Below, one piece after another: positions 1-9,029 of a stretch of DNA of 64,000 bases (the first letter of the stretch is position 1; each line of letters starts with the position of its first letter). The position numbers and the translations under genes are program-made. The notes under the pieces are model-generated. The model was given only the letters and a program-made list of their open reading frames with translations, was not told the DNA's origin and searched no databases. The DNA comes from Patescibacteria group bacterium (GTDB lineage: Bacteria > Patescibacteriota > Minisyncoccia > Phycocordibacterales > PALSA-1337): NCBI GenBank assembly GCA_038065415.1, contig JBBTRA010000007.1:34615-98614 (forward strand). The letters run 5' to 3'.

Positions 1-7
1 TAGAGAC

Positions 8-838
8 ATGGTCAGGAAGATCATGACCGAGGGTATAGACGAGCTCAACAAGAGTAAGCAGGCGGGCAGTGAGCGCGCAACCTACTACACCAGAGCAATA
101 CCCGGAATGCACTTTTCTACTGACATTGAGAAAGACGGTTTCCCTCTCCTCACCCTGAGAAAAATTCCTATCAAGGCTCCTGTTGCCGAGCAAGCGTGGT
201 TCATTCTCGGATCGAGAAAGCCTGATGACTTCCTACGAGACTACACCAAGATATGGGACCCATTCACCAACCCTGGTGACGTTGTAACTGTCGCCTACGG
301 ATATCGCTGGAGGAAGCATTTTGGCCGCGACCAACTCAAACAACTCATCGACCTACTCCGGGCCGAGCCTGGATCGCGCCATGCAGTCATAGTGACCTGG
401 GACCCTTCTCAAGACGGCCTCTCTCTCCAAAAGAAGAAGAACGTACCTTGCCCGTATACTTTCACCGTCAATATTATTGGTGGACGACTACACCTCCACA
501 ACATCGTGAGGTCCAATGATGTAATTCTCGGCGTCCCCTTTGATGTGTTCGGTTTCGCATTATTGCAGTGCATACTGGCCCAAGAGCTCGGTGTGAAGCC
601 GGGTATCTACAGCCACTCAATATCAAATGCACACATCTATGACTCGCATTTCGAAGCGGCACAAACCCTGATGCAACGCGAGAATGGTCACGAAAAGATC
701 ACGCTTACACTGCCAAACAACACCCTGACCAACATAGAGAATAGAGATTTCTCCGTCGTCGACGAGATAATTAAGAACCTGGAATCTCAGTACAACCCGT
801 CTGAATCGATTTCAGGAATCAAGATAGTCGCCTATTAA
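8..838 (+). CDS. thyA: thymidylate synthase (ThyA)
   Basis: 276-aa ORF with the ThyA catalytic core (PCPYTFTV...HNIVRSNDVILGVPFDVFGFALLQ). Confidence 0.9.
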   Translation: MVRKIMTEGIDELNKSKQAGSERATYYTRAIPGMHFSTDIEKDGFPLLTLRKIPIKAPVAEQAWFILGSRKPDDFLRDYTKIWDPFTNPGDVVTVAYGYRWRKHFGRDQLKQLIDLLRAEPGSRHAVIVTWDPSQDGLSLQKKKNVPCPYTFTVNIIGGRLHLHNIVRSNDVILGVPFDVFGFALLQCILAQELGVKPGIYSHSISNAHIYDSHFEAAQTLMQRENGHEKITLTLPNNTLTNIENRDFSVVDEIIKNLESQYNPSESISGIKIVAY

Positions 839-867
839 TCCCGCCCCGCCTAGATTATAATTCCCCT

Positions 868-1500
868 ATGTCCATCATCACCCGAACCGAGATCGTATCC
901 CGCGTGCAGTCAGGTTCCCTCGGCTTCAAGCCGAGCCTAGACCAATTCCAGCTTCATGAACATTCTGTCGACCTTCGACTGGGCTTCACCTTCATGATAC
1001 CCAAGATGTGGCACATGACCCCCAAGGGTCGCGAGTCGCTCGACATCACGCATTTCGACAAGCGCAACCACGAATACTTCGATGTCATCGAGCTTGAGCA
1101 GGGTCAATATTTCGATTTATTGCCGCAGGAATACATCCTCGTCTCCACCTTGGAAACAGTGAAGCTTCCCAATGATCTGATGGCAGTCCTCTATCCTCGC
1201 TCATCAACCAACAGGAAGGGTCTCTCGCTCGACCTCACCGGTATAATCGACGCTGGCTATGAAGGTCAGCTTGTTCTCCCCATCCGCAACAATACCCGTT
1301 CACAGACAGTACGCCTCTTTCCCGGTGAACGACTCTGCCAAGTCGTCTTCGAAGAGCTCAAAAGCGAAGTGACGCCGCGACCAAGCAAGTATCATCAGAA
1401 AGATATCATCGAGGGTGTACTCATGGAGAAAAAAGATGAGGTCGATCTCATCACTTCCGGAGACATCAAGAAGCTCAAAGAGAACTACAAAGTCAGCTAG
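868..1500 (+). CDS. dcd: dCTP deaminase / dUTPase-family protein
   Basis: 210 aa with typical Dcd length and motifs (SIITRTEI...; DLTGIIDAGYEGQLVLPIRNNT). Confidence 0.75.
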   Translation: MSIITRTEIVSRVQSGSLGFKPSLDQFQLHEHSVDLRLGFTFMIPKMWHMTPKGRESLDITHFDKRNHEYFDVIELEQGQYFDLLPQEYILVSTLETVKLPNDLMAVLYPRSSTNRKGLSLDLTGIIDAGYEGQLVLPIRNNTRSQTVRLFPGERLCQVVFEELKSEVTPRPSKYHQKDIIEGVLMEKKDEVDLITSGDIKKLKENYKVS

Positions 1501-1526
1501 TTTCACTAACCAAACCAACCAATTCC

Positions 1527-2033
1527 ATGCAAGTTTTCATTATAGCCGCAATGACCGCAGATGGATTCATCGCCAAGGACGAGAAGCATTCGGCATTCTG
1601 GACAAGCAAAGAAGACAAGAAAAGATTCGTCGAACTGACCCAGCGTGCCGGTGTGGTTATCATGGGTTCCACAACATATGCCACCTTGCCTCGCCCACTC
1701 AAGGAGCGCGTCAACATAGTCTACTCCCGCTCAAAGAATTTCGAAGGTGCAGAAACGACCCAGAAACATCCTATCGAATTGCTCAAAGAGCTTGAGAATC
1801 GCGGTTTCAAGGAAGTCGCCATCTGTGGTGGTTCGCAAATCTACACCATGTTCATAAAAGCTGGTGTTGTCGATCGCCTCTTCCTCACCATTGAGCCCCT
1901 TGTATTCGGCAAAGGCATCACGCTCTTCAACGAGAGCTTCAACCAGCAACTCACACTCGTATCAGCATCCCAGGGAGAGAACGGTTCACTGCTCCTCGAA
2001 TACAAGGTCAGCAACCCCGCTCCACAGGCATAG
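1527..2033 (+). CDS. folA: dihydrofolate reductase-family protein
   Basis: 168 aa. N-terminus MQVFIIAAMTADGFIAKDEK...VIMGSTTYATLP matches the DHFR/RibD C-terminal-like fold. It lies adjacent to thyA. Confidence 0.75.
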   Translation: MQVFIIAAMTADGFIAKDEKHSAFWTSKEDKKRFVELTQRAGVVIMGSTTYATLPRPLKERVNIVYSRSKNFEGAETTQKHPIELLKELENRGFKEVAICGGSQIYTMFIKAGVVDRLFLTIEPLVFGKGITLFNESFNQQLTLVSASQGENGSLLLEYKVSNPAPQA

Positions 2034-2063
2034 ATTCTGTAACAGATACTCGAGATTGATGTA

Positions 2064-2093
2064 GAAAAAAACCGCTCACAAAAGCGGTTTGTT
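2064..2093. terminator. hairpin ACCGCT-CACAAA-AGCGGT between an A-run and a T-run; likely bidirectional intrinsic terminator
   Basis: Seen directly in the sequence, between the convergent folA (+) and the 2098..2565 ORF (-). Confidence 0.5.
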
Positions 2094-2097
2094 GCAT

Positions 2098-2565
2098 CTA
2101 CGCAGCTGCAGGTGTTGCGGGCTGTTCCGTTATCAGAGGGATCCGGTCACCGACGAGCAGTGTACGTTCAGCCATGCTCACGATATTGGCCACCTCATCA
2201 TACGCAAAGATAGACTGGACGGGTTGGCGCTGATTGATCTCATCGGACAATATCCGCACGACCTTCGTGCTTCGAGGCACAAAACCCCAGATATGTCCCC
2301 CTTTTTGCGACAGTTCGATAACTTGCCGCGCGAACGCCTCGGCATAATGATCGAACAGCACGATATTCACATCAGCGGCATCAGGATCCTGTGTGATGGA
2401 CGCTCCAGGGAGCAGTGAGATCTGAGTCATTAGCTCTGACACCTTTCCGAAAAAAGATTCTTCAGCGCTTTCAGGAATATCTGCAGCAAAGACCACGCAG
2501 AAAGATAATTTAGTATGTGTGCTCATGTCTGCCTCACAGCGTACCACATTTTCTTTTTCACACAA
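2098..2565 (-). CDS. hypothetical protein (start may be the internal Met, MSTHTKL)
   Basis: ORF of 155 aa with no recognisable motif. Confidence 0.35.
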   Translation of the reverse strand: MCEKENVVRCEADMSTHTKLSFCVVFAADIPESAEESFFGKVSELMTQISLLPGASITQDPDAADVNIVLFDHYAEAFARQVIELSQKGGHIWGFVPRSTKVVRILSDEINQRQPVQSIFAYDEVANIVSMAERTLLVGDRIPLITEQPATPAAA

Positions 2566-2598
2566 ACAAAAAAGACGCTTGTCGCGTCTTTTTTGAAA
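2566..2598. terminator. hairpin AGACGC-TTGTC-GCGTCT followed by a T-run; terminator downstream of rplK
   Basis: Stem-loop plus TTTTTT immediately 3' of the rplK stop. An A-run on the other side makes it potentially bidirectional. Confidence 0.55.
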
Positions 2599-2608
2599 AA
2601 TATTTTTG

Positions 2609-3031
2609 CTATTTCACATCCACACCCATCTGACGAGCTGTGCCAGCGATGATCTTTGCAGCAGCATCGAGGTCATTGGCGTTGAGGTCTTGCATCTTCT
2701 TGGTAGCGATTTCTTTGATCTGCGCCTTGGTGATAGTGCCAACCTTGAGCGTATTCGGCTTGCCCGATCCCTTCTCCTTACCAATAGCTTTGAGGATGAG
2801 GCTCGATGCTGGAGGAGTCTTGAGCACAAAATCATAAGTACGGTCTTCGTACACTGAAATAACGACGGGAATCATGTCACCCATCATGCCCTTGGTGGCA
2901 TCATTGAACTTCTTAGTGAAGTCGCCGATATTGACGCCTGCCTGACCGAGAGTAGGGCCAAGTGGAGGAGCTGGGGTAGCTTTCCCTGCCGGAGCGATAA
3001 CTTTAACTTTCTTTACAATCTTTTTTGCCAT
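2609..3031 (-). CDS. rplK: 50S ribosomal protein L11
   Basis: [35 protein letters not shown]..., a canonical L11 sequence. Confidence 0.95.
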   Translation of the reverse strand: MAKKIVKKVKVIAPAGKATPAPPLGPTLGQAGVNIGDFTKKFNDATKGMMGDMIPVVISVYEDRTYDFVLKTPPASSLILKAIGKEKGSGKPNTLKVGTITKAQIKEIATKKMQDLNANDLDAAAKIIAGTARQMGVDVK

Positions 3032-3051
3032 GGTGGTTATTGGATACTACA

Positions 3052-3597
3052 TTAAACCTTCTTAACTTGCAAGAAATCGAGCTCTACGGGTGTTTCGCGG
3101 CCAAACATCGAAACGAGCACTTTGACCTTGCCGCGCTGTGTGTCCACCTCTGCAACCTTGCCTTCAAAATCCTTGAATGGACCATCTGCAACCTTGACCA
3201 GATCCCCTGTCGAAAGATCGATAGAATGCTGAGTGTTCCCTGTGTTCATGCGTGCAAAGAGAGCCTCGACTTCCTTAGCATCGAGTGGAACCGGAGCAAC
3301 TCCTGCACCGACAAATCCCGTAACGCGTGGAGTGTTGCGCACTACGTACCATGAATCATCGGTCACGATCATATCTACCAGAACATAGCCGGGGTATATC
3401 TTCTCCTCCTCTTCCACGCGCTTGCCACCCTTGACCTTGATCTTCTTCTCAGTCGGTACAATGACAGCAAAAATCTTGTCCTCCATTCCGAGAGACTCTA
3501 TGCGCTGCTTGAGGTTACGAGCGACAGCGTTCTCATAGCCGGCGTAGGTATGGATGGCATACCACGAGCGCTCGCCTGTTGTGTGTTGTTTGGACAT
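3052..3597 (-). CDS. nusG: transcription termination/antitermination factor NusG
   Basis: 181 aa with an N-terminal NGN domain and a C-terminal KOW domain (GDLVKVADGPFKDFEGKVAEVD). Confidence 0.9.
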   Translation of the reverse strand: MSKQHTTGERSWYAIHTYAGYENAVARNLKQRIESLGMEDKIFAVIVPTEKKIKVKGGKRVEEEEKIYPGYVLVDMIVTDDSWYVVRNTPRVTGFVGAGVAPVPLDAKEVEALFARMNTGNTQHSIDLSTGDLVKVADGPFKDFEGKVAEVDTQRGKVKVLVSMFGRETPVELDFLQVKKV

Positions 3598-3622
3598 GAT
3601 GTTGGTAAATTAGGGAGTAATC

Positions 3623-3799
3623 TTAAAAAAGGAGGGTGAGCAACTTCGAGAACACAAAATCTGAGACACCAAGAAGCGCAGCTACGACAACAGAAACGAC
3701 GATCACCATGACGGTGAAGCGAGTGGTTTGTTCGCGGCTCGGCCAATTGACGTGGGTCATTTCAGCGCGTGTTTCCTTGACGTATTCAGTGAATTTCAT
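3623..3799 (-). CDS. secE: preprotein translocase subunit SecE (58 aa, below the ORF-track cutoff)
   Basis: Manual translation gives MKFTEYVKETRAEMTHVNWPSREQTTRFTVMVIVVSVVVAALLGVSDFVFSKLLTLLF. It sits directly upstream of nusG-rplK, which is the conserved gene order. Confidence 0.75.
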   Translation of the reverse strand: MKFTEYVKETRAEMTHVNWPSREQTTRFTVMVIVVSVVVAALLGVSDFVFSKLLTLLF

Positions 3800-3825
3800 G
3801 TGTTTGTGCGATTGGTATTAAAAAA

Positions 3826-3845
3826 CCCCGGCGGGGGATTACGTG
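3826..3845 (-). other. GC hairpin (CCCC-loop-GGGG) followed by a T-run, 25 nt upstream of the secE start
   Basis: Read on the minus strand as ...CCCCCGCCGGGGTTTTTT...; it looks like an intrinsic terminator or leader structure. Confidence 0.35.
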
Positions 3846-4012
3846 CACATAGTATAGGATAAGTAGAGCAAAGTCAAGAATCGAAAAACAGCAGTGGTTG
3901 AAGGCACCCTCAACCCATACGAGCTCAGGAACTTTTTCTCCGGCAACTTCTTTTTTTGATGTGGTGCAATATGGCAAATGAGGGCTTTAAACCTCAACCT
4001 TTTAAAACACAA

Positions 4013-4041
4013 GAACCCATTTCTGTGAATGAAATGGGTTC
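4013..4041 (-). terminator. intrinsic terminator (perfect 11-bp stem GAACCCATTTC/GAAATGGGTTC) downstream of the 4092..4883 gene
   Basis: Perfect stem-loop followed by a T-rich tract on the minus strand. Confidence 0.5.
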
Positions 4042-4091
4042 TATGTGCACACACCTTTCCTCTATGGTCCGTGTTCGAGGTGAAATCCTTA

Positions 4092-4883
4092 TTATTTGAT
4101 CTCGTATGTGATCGTCACGTTACTCGTAATCTTCTGTTCACCAGTTGGTATCTCCGGTGTAGCTGTAGGAGCTGAAGAAACCTTGGCATTCATGAGCATA
4201 TCGCCACCCATACCTTCCCTACCATAGAATACTGGCTGATCACTCGCGTCATAGAAGCTCGTGATTTTCACAATCTTGACTCCGAGCTGCTTGGCCAAAT
4301 CCTTTGCCTTTGCCTGCGCATCAGCAATAGCCTTTGCACGTGCTTCTGCCTTAACCTTCTCGATATCATCGATGGAGAATGAAAGACCATTCACATTCTC
4401 AACATTGAGAGCTCCGATGGTGCTAAAGATTGCCCCCGCCTTCTCGAGATTGCGGATCTTAACCTCGACAGATTGAACAACATCATACCCGGTAAGTGTA
4501 GATTTGCCCGGTGCACAACGGTACGTATTGCAGTCTCCGCCGGCATACTCATAATGAGGATTGATTGAATAGGATACCGTCTTGATATCTTTCTCTTCGA
4601 CTCCGCCATCGCGGACAGCCTTGAGAGCTGCGTTGATGCGATCCGTCGCCTTCGACTGCGCCTCAGCAACAGTCTTCGCCGTCTCGGTTACACCGAAGGA
4701 GAATGTGGCGATGTCCGGAATAGATACCGACTCTCCCTTACCGTTCACAGAAATGCTGTTATACGCTGGCATCTCGTTATCGTTGAGAGATTGCATGCCT
4801 TTGATAGAAAGGACTGCAAGAAATACGACGAGCACGATCCCGACGAGGGAGGCCACTTTCCAAAACCGATCTTGTACGTTCAT
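4092..4883 (-). CDS. SIMPL/DUF541-family (YggE-like) periplasmic protein with an N-terminal membrane anchor
   Basis: 263 aa with an N-terminal TM helix. Composition and motifs resemble the DUF541 '26 kDa periplasmic immunogenic protein' family; this is a recollection-based call. Confidence 0.5.
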   Translation of the reverse strand: MNVQDRFWKVASLVGIVLVVFLAVLSIKGMQSLNDNEMPAYNSISVNGKGESVSIPDIATFSFGVTETAKTVAEAQSKATDRINAALKAVRDGGVEEKDIKTVSYSINPHYEYAGGDCNTYRCAPGKSTLTGYDVVQSVEVKIRNLEKAGAIFSTIGALNVENVNGLSFSIDDIEKVKAEARAKAIADAQAKAKDLAKQLGVKIVKITSFYDASDQPVFYGREGMGGDMLMNAKVSSAPTATPEIPTGEQKITSNVTITYEIK

Positions 4884-5000
4884 GATGATAGAATAATTAT
4901 TATTAATTGATATCTATATGATATCGCCTTATCTTGGCAGAAGGCAAGACGATGACATCGTGCCTTCTGCGCGTAGCATACAAGACGGGCGGAGTCGGAA

Positions 5001-5840
5001 TTACTTACACGCGTCAATTAAATTCTCGAAAAGCGCTGTCACCGTCATCTGACCTACTCCTCCTGGTACAGGAGTGATGGCGGAGACCATTCCAGCAACT
5101 GCCACAAAATCAACATCACCTTGCAGAGACCCGTCCGGCATCCTATTGATGCCGACATCGACGATGATCTGCCCCACCGTCACGTGGCGCGCATCAATCA
5201 GGCCAGGCTTACCCACTGCGACAATCAATACATCTGCTTTTTTTGTTTCTACAGCAAGGTCCACAGTCTTACTGTGACACACGATCACATCAGCACCTGC
5301 ATGTGCGCACACATGAGCGATGGGTGCTCCGACCAACTGAGACCTCCCTACCACAGCAACCTTCTTCCCTTTCAGTTCTATACGGTGATATTCGAGCAGC
5401 TCCTTCACGCCCCGTGCTGTGGCTGGAACTATCGCATCAGGAGAATTATGTGCCAACAAACTCTGATTGGTAGGGGTCAAACCATCTACATCTTTGCGCG
5501 GATCAATCTCGCCGATGATCTGATGCCGGTCGAGGTGTGCCGGAAGCGGCAACTGTACGATGATGCCTTGAATCTCCTGATCCGCATTGCACTCTCGAAT
5601 GTGTGCCGTAACCTCTTCTTGAGAGACATCTTCAGGAAGATGGATGTGTGTCGCCTTGGCACCAATTTGCCCCGCAAATACCTTCTTCGCACGTATATAT
5701 GCCACTGAGTCTGCCCTGTCGCCCACCTGAAGTATCGCAAGCTGAGGAACATATGAAAAAGCCTGTAGCGCCTGGACAAGCTGTGCTGATTTTTCAGCTC
5801 GCACGATACGACCATCCAATATAATCGGGGATAATGACAT
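5001..5840 (-). CDS. folD: bifunctional methylenetetrahydrofolate dehydrogenase/cyclohydrolase FolD
   Basis: Contains YIRAKKVFAGQIGA...GIIVQLPLP...DVDGL...GKKVAVVGRSQLVGAPIA. The start is probably the internal Met (MSLSPIILDG). Confidence 0.9.
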   Translation of the reverse strand: MSLSPIILDGRIVRAEKSAQLVQALQAFSYVPQLAILQVGDRADSVAYIRAKKVFAGQIGAKATHIHLPEDVSQEEVTAHIRECNADQEIQGIIVQLPLPAHLDRHQIIGEIDPRKDVDGLTPTNQSLLAHNSPDAIVPATARGVKELLEYHRIELKGKKVAVVGRSQLVGAPIAHVCAHAGADVIVCHSKTVDLAVETKKADVLIVAVGKPGLIDARHVTVGQIIVDVGINRMPDGSLQGDVDFVAVAGMVSAITPVPGGVGQMTVTALFENLIDACK

Positions 5841-5864
5841 AGAAGGAATATAGCACAAAGAAAC

Positions 5865-6794
5865 CTATGAACGGGACCACCGGGCAAATATGCCCGCAGG
5901 CAAGAGTCGTGCAGGATCACCTTTCTCAGAGATAGCGAGTTCACCGATTTCAATCTCTCCCCCATGCTTCACCTTTAGATCCAACAAATTATTCTCGTAG
6001 GCAACCGCCGAATACCCCGCGGAGTATCCATTGATGATGAAAAAGAGCGGAGTATCCTTCAAAAGTTTCTTGCAGTCTTCGATCAATGGCAAAAAATGCT
6101 CCTCGATCTTCCAAAGCTCGGTCGCAGGCCCATGGCCGAAAGCCGGCGGATCCATGATGATAGCGTCGTACTTCCTGCCTCGCTTGATCTCGCGTTCGAC
6201 AAAAATGCGTGCATCTTCGACGATCCAGCGTATAGGTTTATCGGCAAGCCCTGAAGATTCAGCATTCTCGCGTGCCCACGCAACCGCAGCCTTGGAGCTA
6301 TCGATGTGTACAACTTTCGCACCTACCTGCGCACATGCGAGCGTCGCACCTCCAGTATAGCCGAAAAGGTTGAGGACTTCGATGTCATCACTTGGCGTCT
6401 CGGAAGAATTCGCTGGCACGGATATTTCCTTCTTCCCTGACAATCGGCCCTGAATCAACTTCTTCATCCAACTCCAATTGACCGACTGTTCGGGAAAAAG
6501 TCCTGTATGCTTGAATGCCGTCGGTTTGATGACAAGTTCAAGACCGGCAAATGAAATATTCCATTTCGCAGGTGTCGCCGTGTTCAAAGACCAGCCACCG
6601 CCCTTCTCTTCGTGAGCGAAGCGGCCGCCGGCTTTCTTCCACTCTGTAGCAGGCAATCGCTTGGCCCACAAAGCCTGGGGATCCGGACGTGCGAGCGTAA
6701 CCTCCCCGAACCGTTCGAGTTTCTCTCCGTCACCAGAATCTATGAGTTCATAGCCAGTAGAAGGATCTGTGATGAGAATGGCCGAAGTCTTCAT
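5865..6794 (-). CDS. class I SAM-dependent (rRNA) methyltransferase, RlmI/YccW-like catalytic domain
   Basis: Has LFGYTGGATLACAQVGAKVVHIDSS and a DPPAFGHG motif. There is no PUA domain. Confidence 0.6.
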   Translation of the reverse strand: MKTSAILITDPSTGYELIDSGDGEKLERFGEVTLARPDPQALWAKRLPATEWKKAGGRFAHEEKGGGWSLNTATPAKWNISFAGLELVIKPTAFKHTGLFPEQSVNWSWMKKLIQGRLSGKKEISVPANSSETPSDDIEVLNLFGYTGGATLACAQVGAKVVHIDSSKAAVAWARENAESSGLADKPIRWIVEDARIFVEREIKRGRKYDAIIMDPPAFGHGPATELWKIEEHFLPLIEDCKKLLKDTPLFFIINGYSAGYSAVAYENNLLDLKVKHGGEIEIGELAISEKGDPARLLPAGIFARWSRS

Positions 6795-7315
6795 TGTAAG
6801 ACAGCTGTATTATCTACGGTTTCTGTAATCATGTATTTCTTAAAGACAATATTCGCCAACACAAACAGGGCTATAGAGGTCACTGCCGAACCCAGACAGT
6901 ATATACACCATGCCTTGAGGATAAATGCTTGTACAACCAAAAACCAGAGAGACATGAGCAGGCCGAAGATCGTGAGGAACAAAGTCCATTTGAGGATCTC
7001 TGTTTTCTTGGTGTCCATATAGGCAAAGATACCGATAGCAATAACCAGATAATAGAGGGCGCCGAGTAGTGAAACCGGCATACCAAGAATCAACGAGTAC
7101 GAGCTTGTGAGTACAGTCTCACACCCAGAAACGACGGAGCACGGAGGTATGACTCCCTTATAGTGTTCAATCGTCAGATATGCCGCATCGACGAAACCGA
7201 GCACAGCAACGATCAGTATACCGACCGCGAAGCTAGTTGGAATCGCCGCGAGCCGCGTCGTCAATAATTTTCTTAAATGCTTCATAGCTTTGTGGATTAA
7301 CGATAGCTTTGCCAT
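6791..7315 (-). CDS. vitamin K epoxide reductase (VKOR)-family membrane protein
   Basis: Multi-TM protein with a loop Cys pair (CSVVSGC) and a CXXC in a TM helix (CIYC), which is the VKOR signature. Adjacent to a DsbA-like gene. Confidence 0.7.
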   Translation of the reverse strand: MAKLSLIHKAMKHLRKLLTTRLAAIPTSFAVGILIVAVLGFVDAAYLTIEHYKGVIPPCSVVSGCETVLTSSYSLILGMPVSLLGALYYLVIAIGIFAYMDTKKTEILKWTLFLTIFGLLMSLWFLVVQAFILKAWCIYCLGSAVTSIALFVLANIVFKKYMITETVDNTAVLQ

Positions 7316-7901
7316 TAACGAAGAATGTAGGAGTTGAATTCACGCCGAGTGATATGCCCTCATCTCGATCACGCTGTACCCTCTTCTTGACCGAATCACT
7401 TGCGAGGTCCTTCTTGAAAGCTTCAGTATTGAGTCCGATGCGTGTAGCATATCCCTCGAAGACGCTCTCTGTATTCGGGAGGTTCTCCCATGACTTCTGA
7501 TTATCGAAGAGGAGCTGATACATCTCCCAGAACTTACCCTGAAGGCCCGCTGCTTCAGCCGCCTGAGAAGCGATAAAAGCATTTTTGTGCGGCTGAGGAT
7601 ACAACGGATAATGACGGTAAACGAAGCGAACTGTAGTTGTCGACTCGCTAAGCAGGCGTTCTACGAGAGGATAGTATATAGCACATGCCGGACACTGAAA
7701 ATCGCTATACTCGATGAGCGTTACCGGGGCATCTGCAGATCCACGAACATGGTCGGCCTCTGTAACAGGGGCTGGGGCACCGAGATTGAGACCCATCACA
7801 GGAGGCTTATTCATAGCAACGACTAATCCCCATATGATGAGACCGAACACTACGACGAAACCGAGCCAGAAGATGATGCGTTTTGTATTCATACCGGGCA
7901 T
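7233..7901 (-). CDS. DsbA-family thiol:disulfide oxidoreductase, membrane-anchored
   Basis: Thioredoxin-fold protein with a CPAC active site (DFQCPACAIYYP) and an N-terminal TM anchor. The ORF-track N-terminal extension overlapping rlmH is unlikely to be real. Confidence 0.75.
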   Translation of the reverse strand: MPGMNTKRIIFWLGFVVVFGLIIWGLVVAMNKPPVMGLNLGAPAPVTEADHVRGSADAPVTLIEYSDFQCPACAIYYPLVERLLSESTTTVRFVYRHYPLYPQPHKNAFIASQAAEAAGLQGKFWEMYQLLFDNQKSWENLPNTESVFEGYATRIGLNTEAFKKDLASDSVKKRVQRDRDEGISLGVNSTPTFFVNGKAIVNPQSYEAFKKIIDDAARGDSN

Positions 7902-7935
7902 TATTGCATGAAAACCCCAATTTTTGAAGCCTGTA

Positions 7936-8385
7936 TCAGTGATGGTACTTCTCTCCCTTGAGTATGGTGCACGCGCGATACATCTGCTCGGCCAAAATGA
8001 GACGTACCAGCTGGTGCGGGAATGTGAGCTGTGAAAGTGCAATGGTCGTCTTTGCTCGCGCGCGAACCTCATCGCCCAAGCCATATGATCCACCGATCAA
8101 GAACACGAGAGATTTGAGTCCTTCATTCATTCGTGTCTGGATAAACTTGGAAAAATCAACCGAAGAATACTCCTTTCCCTTCTCATCAAGTGCGACAACA
8201 TGCGAACCTGTATCATATGTTTCCAGGGCTCTGGTGATGCGCTTCCCTTCTTCACTCGCATCAGATGCGGGAATGTATGTCCACTCGATGGGGATATAGT
8301 GAGCTATGCGTGATGAATACTCTGCGACTGCTTCATGTGCCGAGAAATCCTTCTCCTTACCTATGACGATGATAGCTATCTTCAT
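7936..8385 (-). CDS. rlmH: 23S rRNA (pseudouridine1915-N3)-methyltransferase RlmH
   Basis: 149-aa SPOUT-class protein with RlmH/YbeA motifs (VFLIGGSYGL..., KGEKYHH C-terminus). Confidence 0.8.
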   Translation of the reverse strand: MKIAIIVIGKEKDFSAHEAVAEYSSRIAHYIPIEWTYIPASDASEEGKRITRALETYDTGSHVVALDEKGKEYSSVDFSKFIQTRMNEGLKSLVFLIGGSYGLGDEVRARAKTTIALSQLTFPHQLVRLILAEQMYRACTILKGEKYHH

Positions 8386-8936
8386 ACAAGCTGTGCGAAC
8401 CAGCCGATAAGATATATACCGAGCATGTTCATAACGAATGCGACAGGAATAAGGACCGTCAATCGAGTCTTGGAAAGACCGAGAAGGGCCACGCCAAGCT
8501 CATCAGGGAGCGGTGAGGCAATAATAAGGGCGCCAATCACTGGTGAGAGCCATTTGAGGAAGCCAAAATGCAAGGAGTGCATGATATGCTTCACGAATGA
8601 CGGCTTGAAGACATTGAGCAGATCAGCAGTGAAGCGATCACGGATGAAGAAGAACAGGACCAGATCTCCACAAAGTGCACCGAGTCCACCCCAGAATGCC
8701 ACCACTCCAATCGGCGTGTATGAAGCAATGTGTGTGAGTGCGATTGATGCAGGCCCAAGCGTGAATGCAGAGGTGAAGAATATGCCCGCAAAGAAGCTTG
8801 CAATGATACCGTTACCGAGGAGTGAGATGATCGCATCGAGGATACCTGCCTTGGACAAGAAAAGAGCGACCGCAAAGCCTATAACGATGAGCATGATGTC
8901 TTTGATGAGTTCTGTGCGTGCTCGTGCTGAGGTCAT
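8382..8936 (-). CDS. hypothetical integral membrane protein (5-6 TM)
   Basis: Hydrophobic 184-aa ORF; no family assigned. Confidence 0.4.
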   Translation of the reverse strand: MTSARARTELIKDIMLIVIGFAVALFLSKAGILDAIISLLGNGIIASFFAGIFFTSAFTLGPASIALTHIASYTPIGVVAFWGGLGALCGDLVLFFFIRDRFTADLLNVFKPSFVKHIMHSLHFGFLKWLSPVIGALIIASPLPDELGVALLGLSKTRLTVLIPVAFVMNMLGIYLIGWFAQLV

Positions 8937-8967
8937 GTTAGTGTATTTCCTATTATGTCATATACAT

Positions 8968-8994
8968 AAAAGCCCTGCACATGGTGCAGGGCGA
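8968..8994 (-). terminator. intrinsic terminator (9-bp stem GCCCTGCAC/GTGCAGGGC) downstream of the AAA ATPase gene
   Basis: Hairpin followed by TTTTAT on the minus strand. Confidence 0.5.
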
Positions 8995-9029
8995 AGCTTC
9001 TTACAATATTTACTGATCGGCAACCAAAC

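Noticed and set aside
3846-4012. Expected tRNA-Trp upstream of secE
   Set aside because: I scanned both strands for a cloverleaf with a T-loop or D-loop GG and found none. Only the SIMPL-gene terminator hairpin and a promoter-like element are present.
5121-5708. 195-aa plus-strand ORF and several other 60-200-aa ORFs antisense to folD
   Set aside because: They overlap a strongly supported FolD gene on the opposite strand, have Cys/His/Arg-rich low-complexity translations, and carry no motifs. They are typical antisense artefacts.
7902-8093. 64-aa N-terminal extension of the DsbA ORF reaching into rlmH
   Set aside because: It is out of frame within the 3' end of rlmH on the same strand and precedes the obvious TM anchor. 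The true start is almost certainly the internal MPGMNTK or MNTKR. A possible 1-nt inconsistency in my reading of 7916-7925 could not be resolved by hand.
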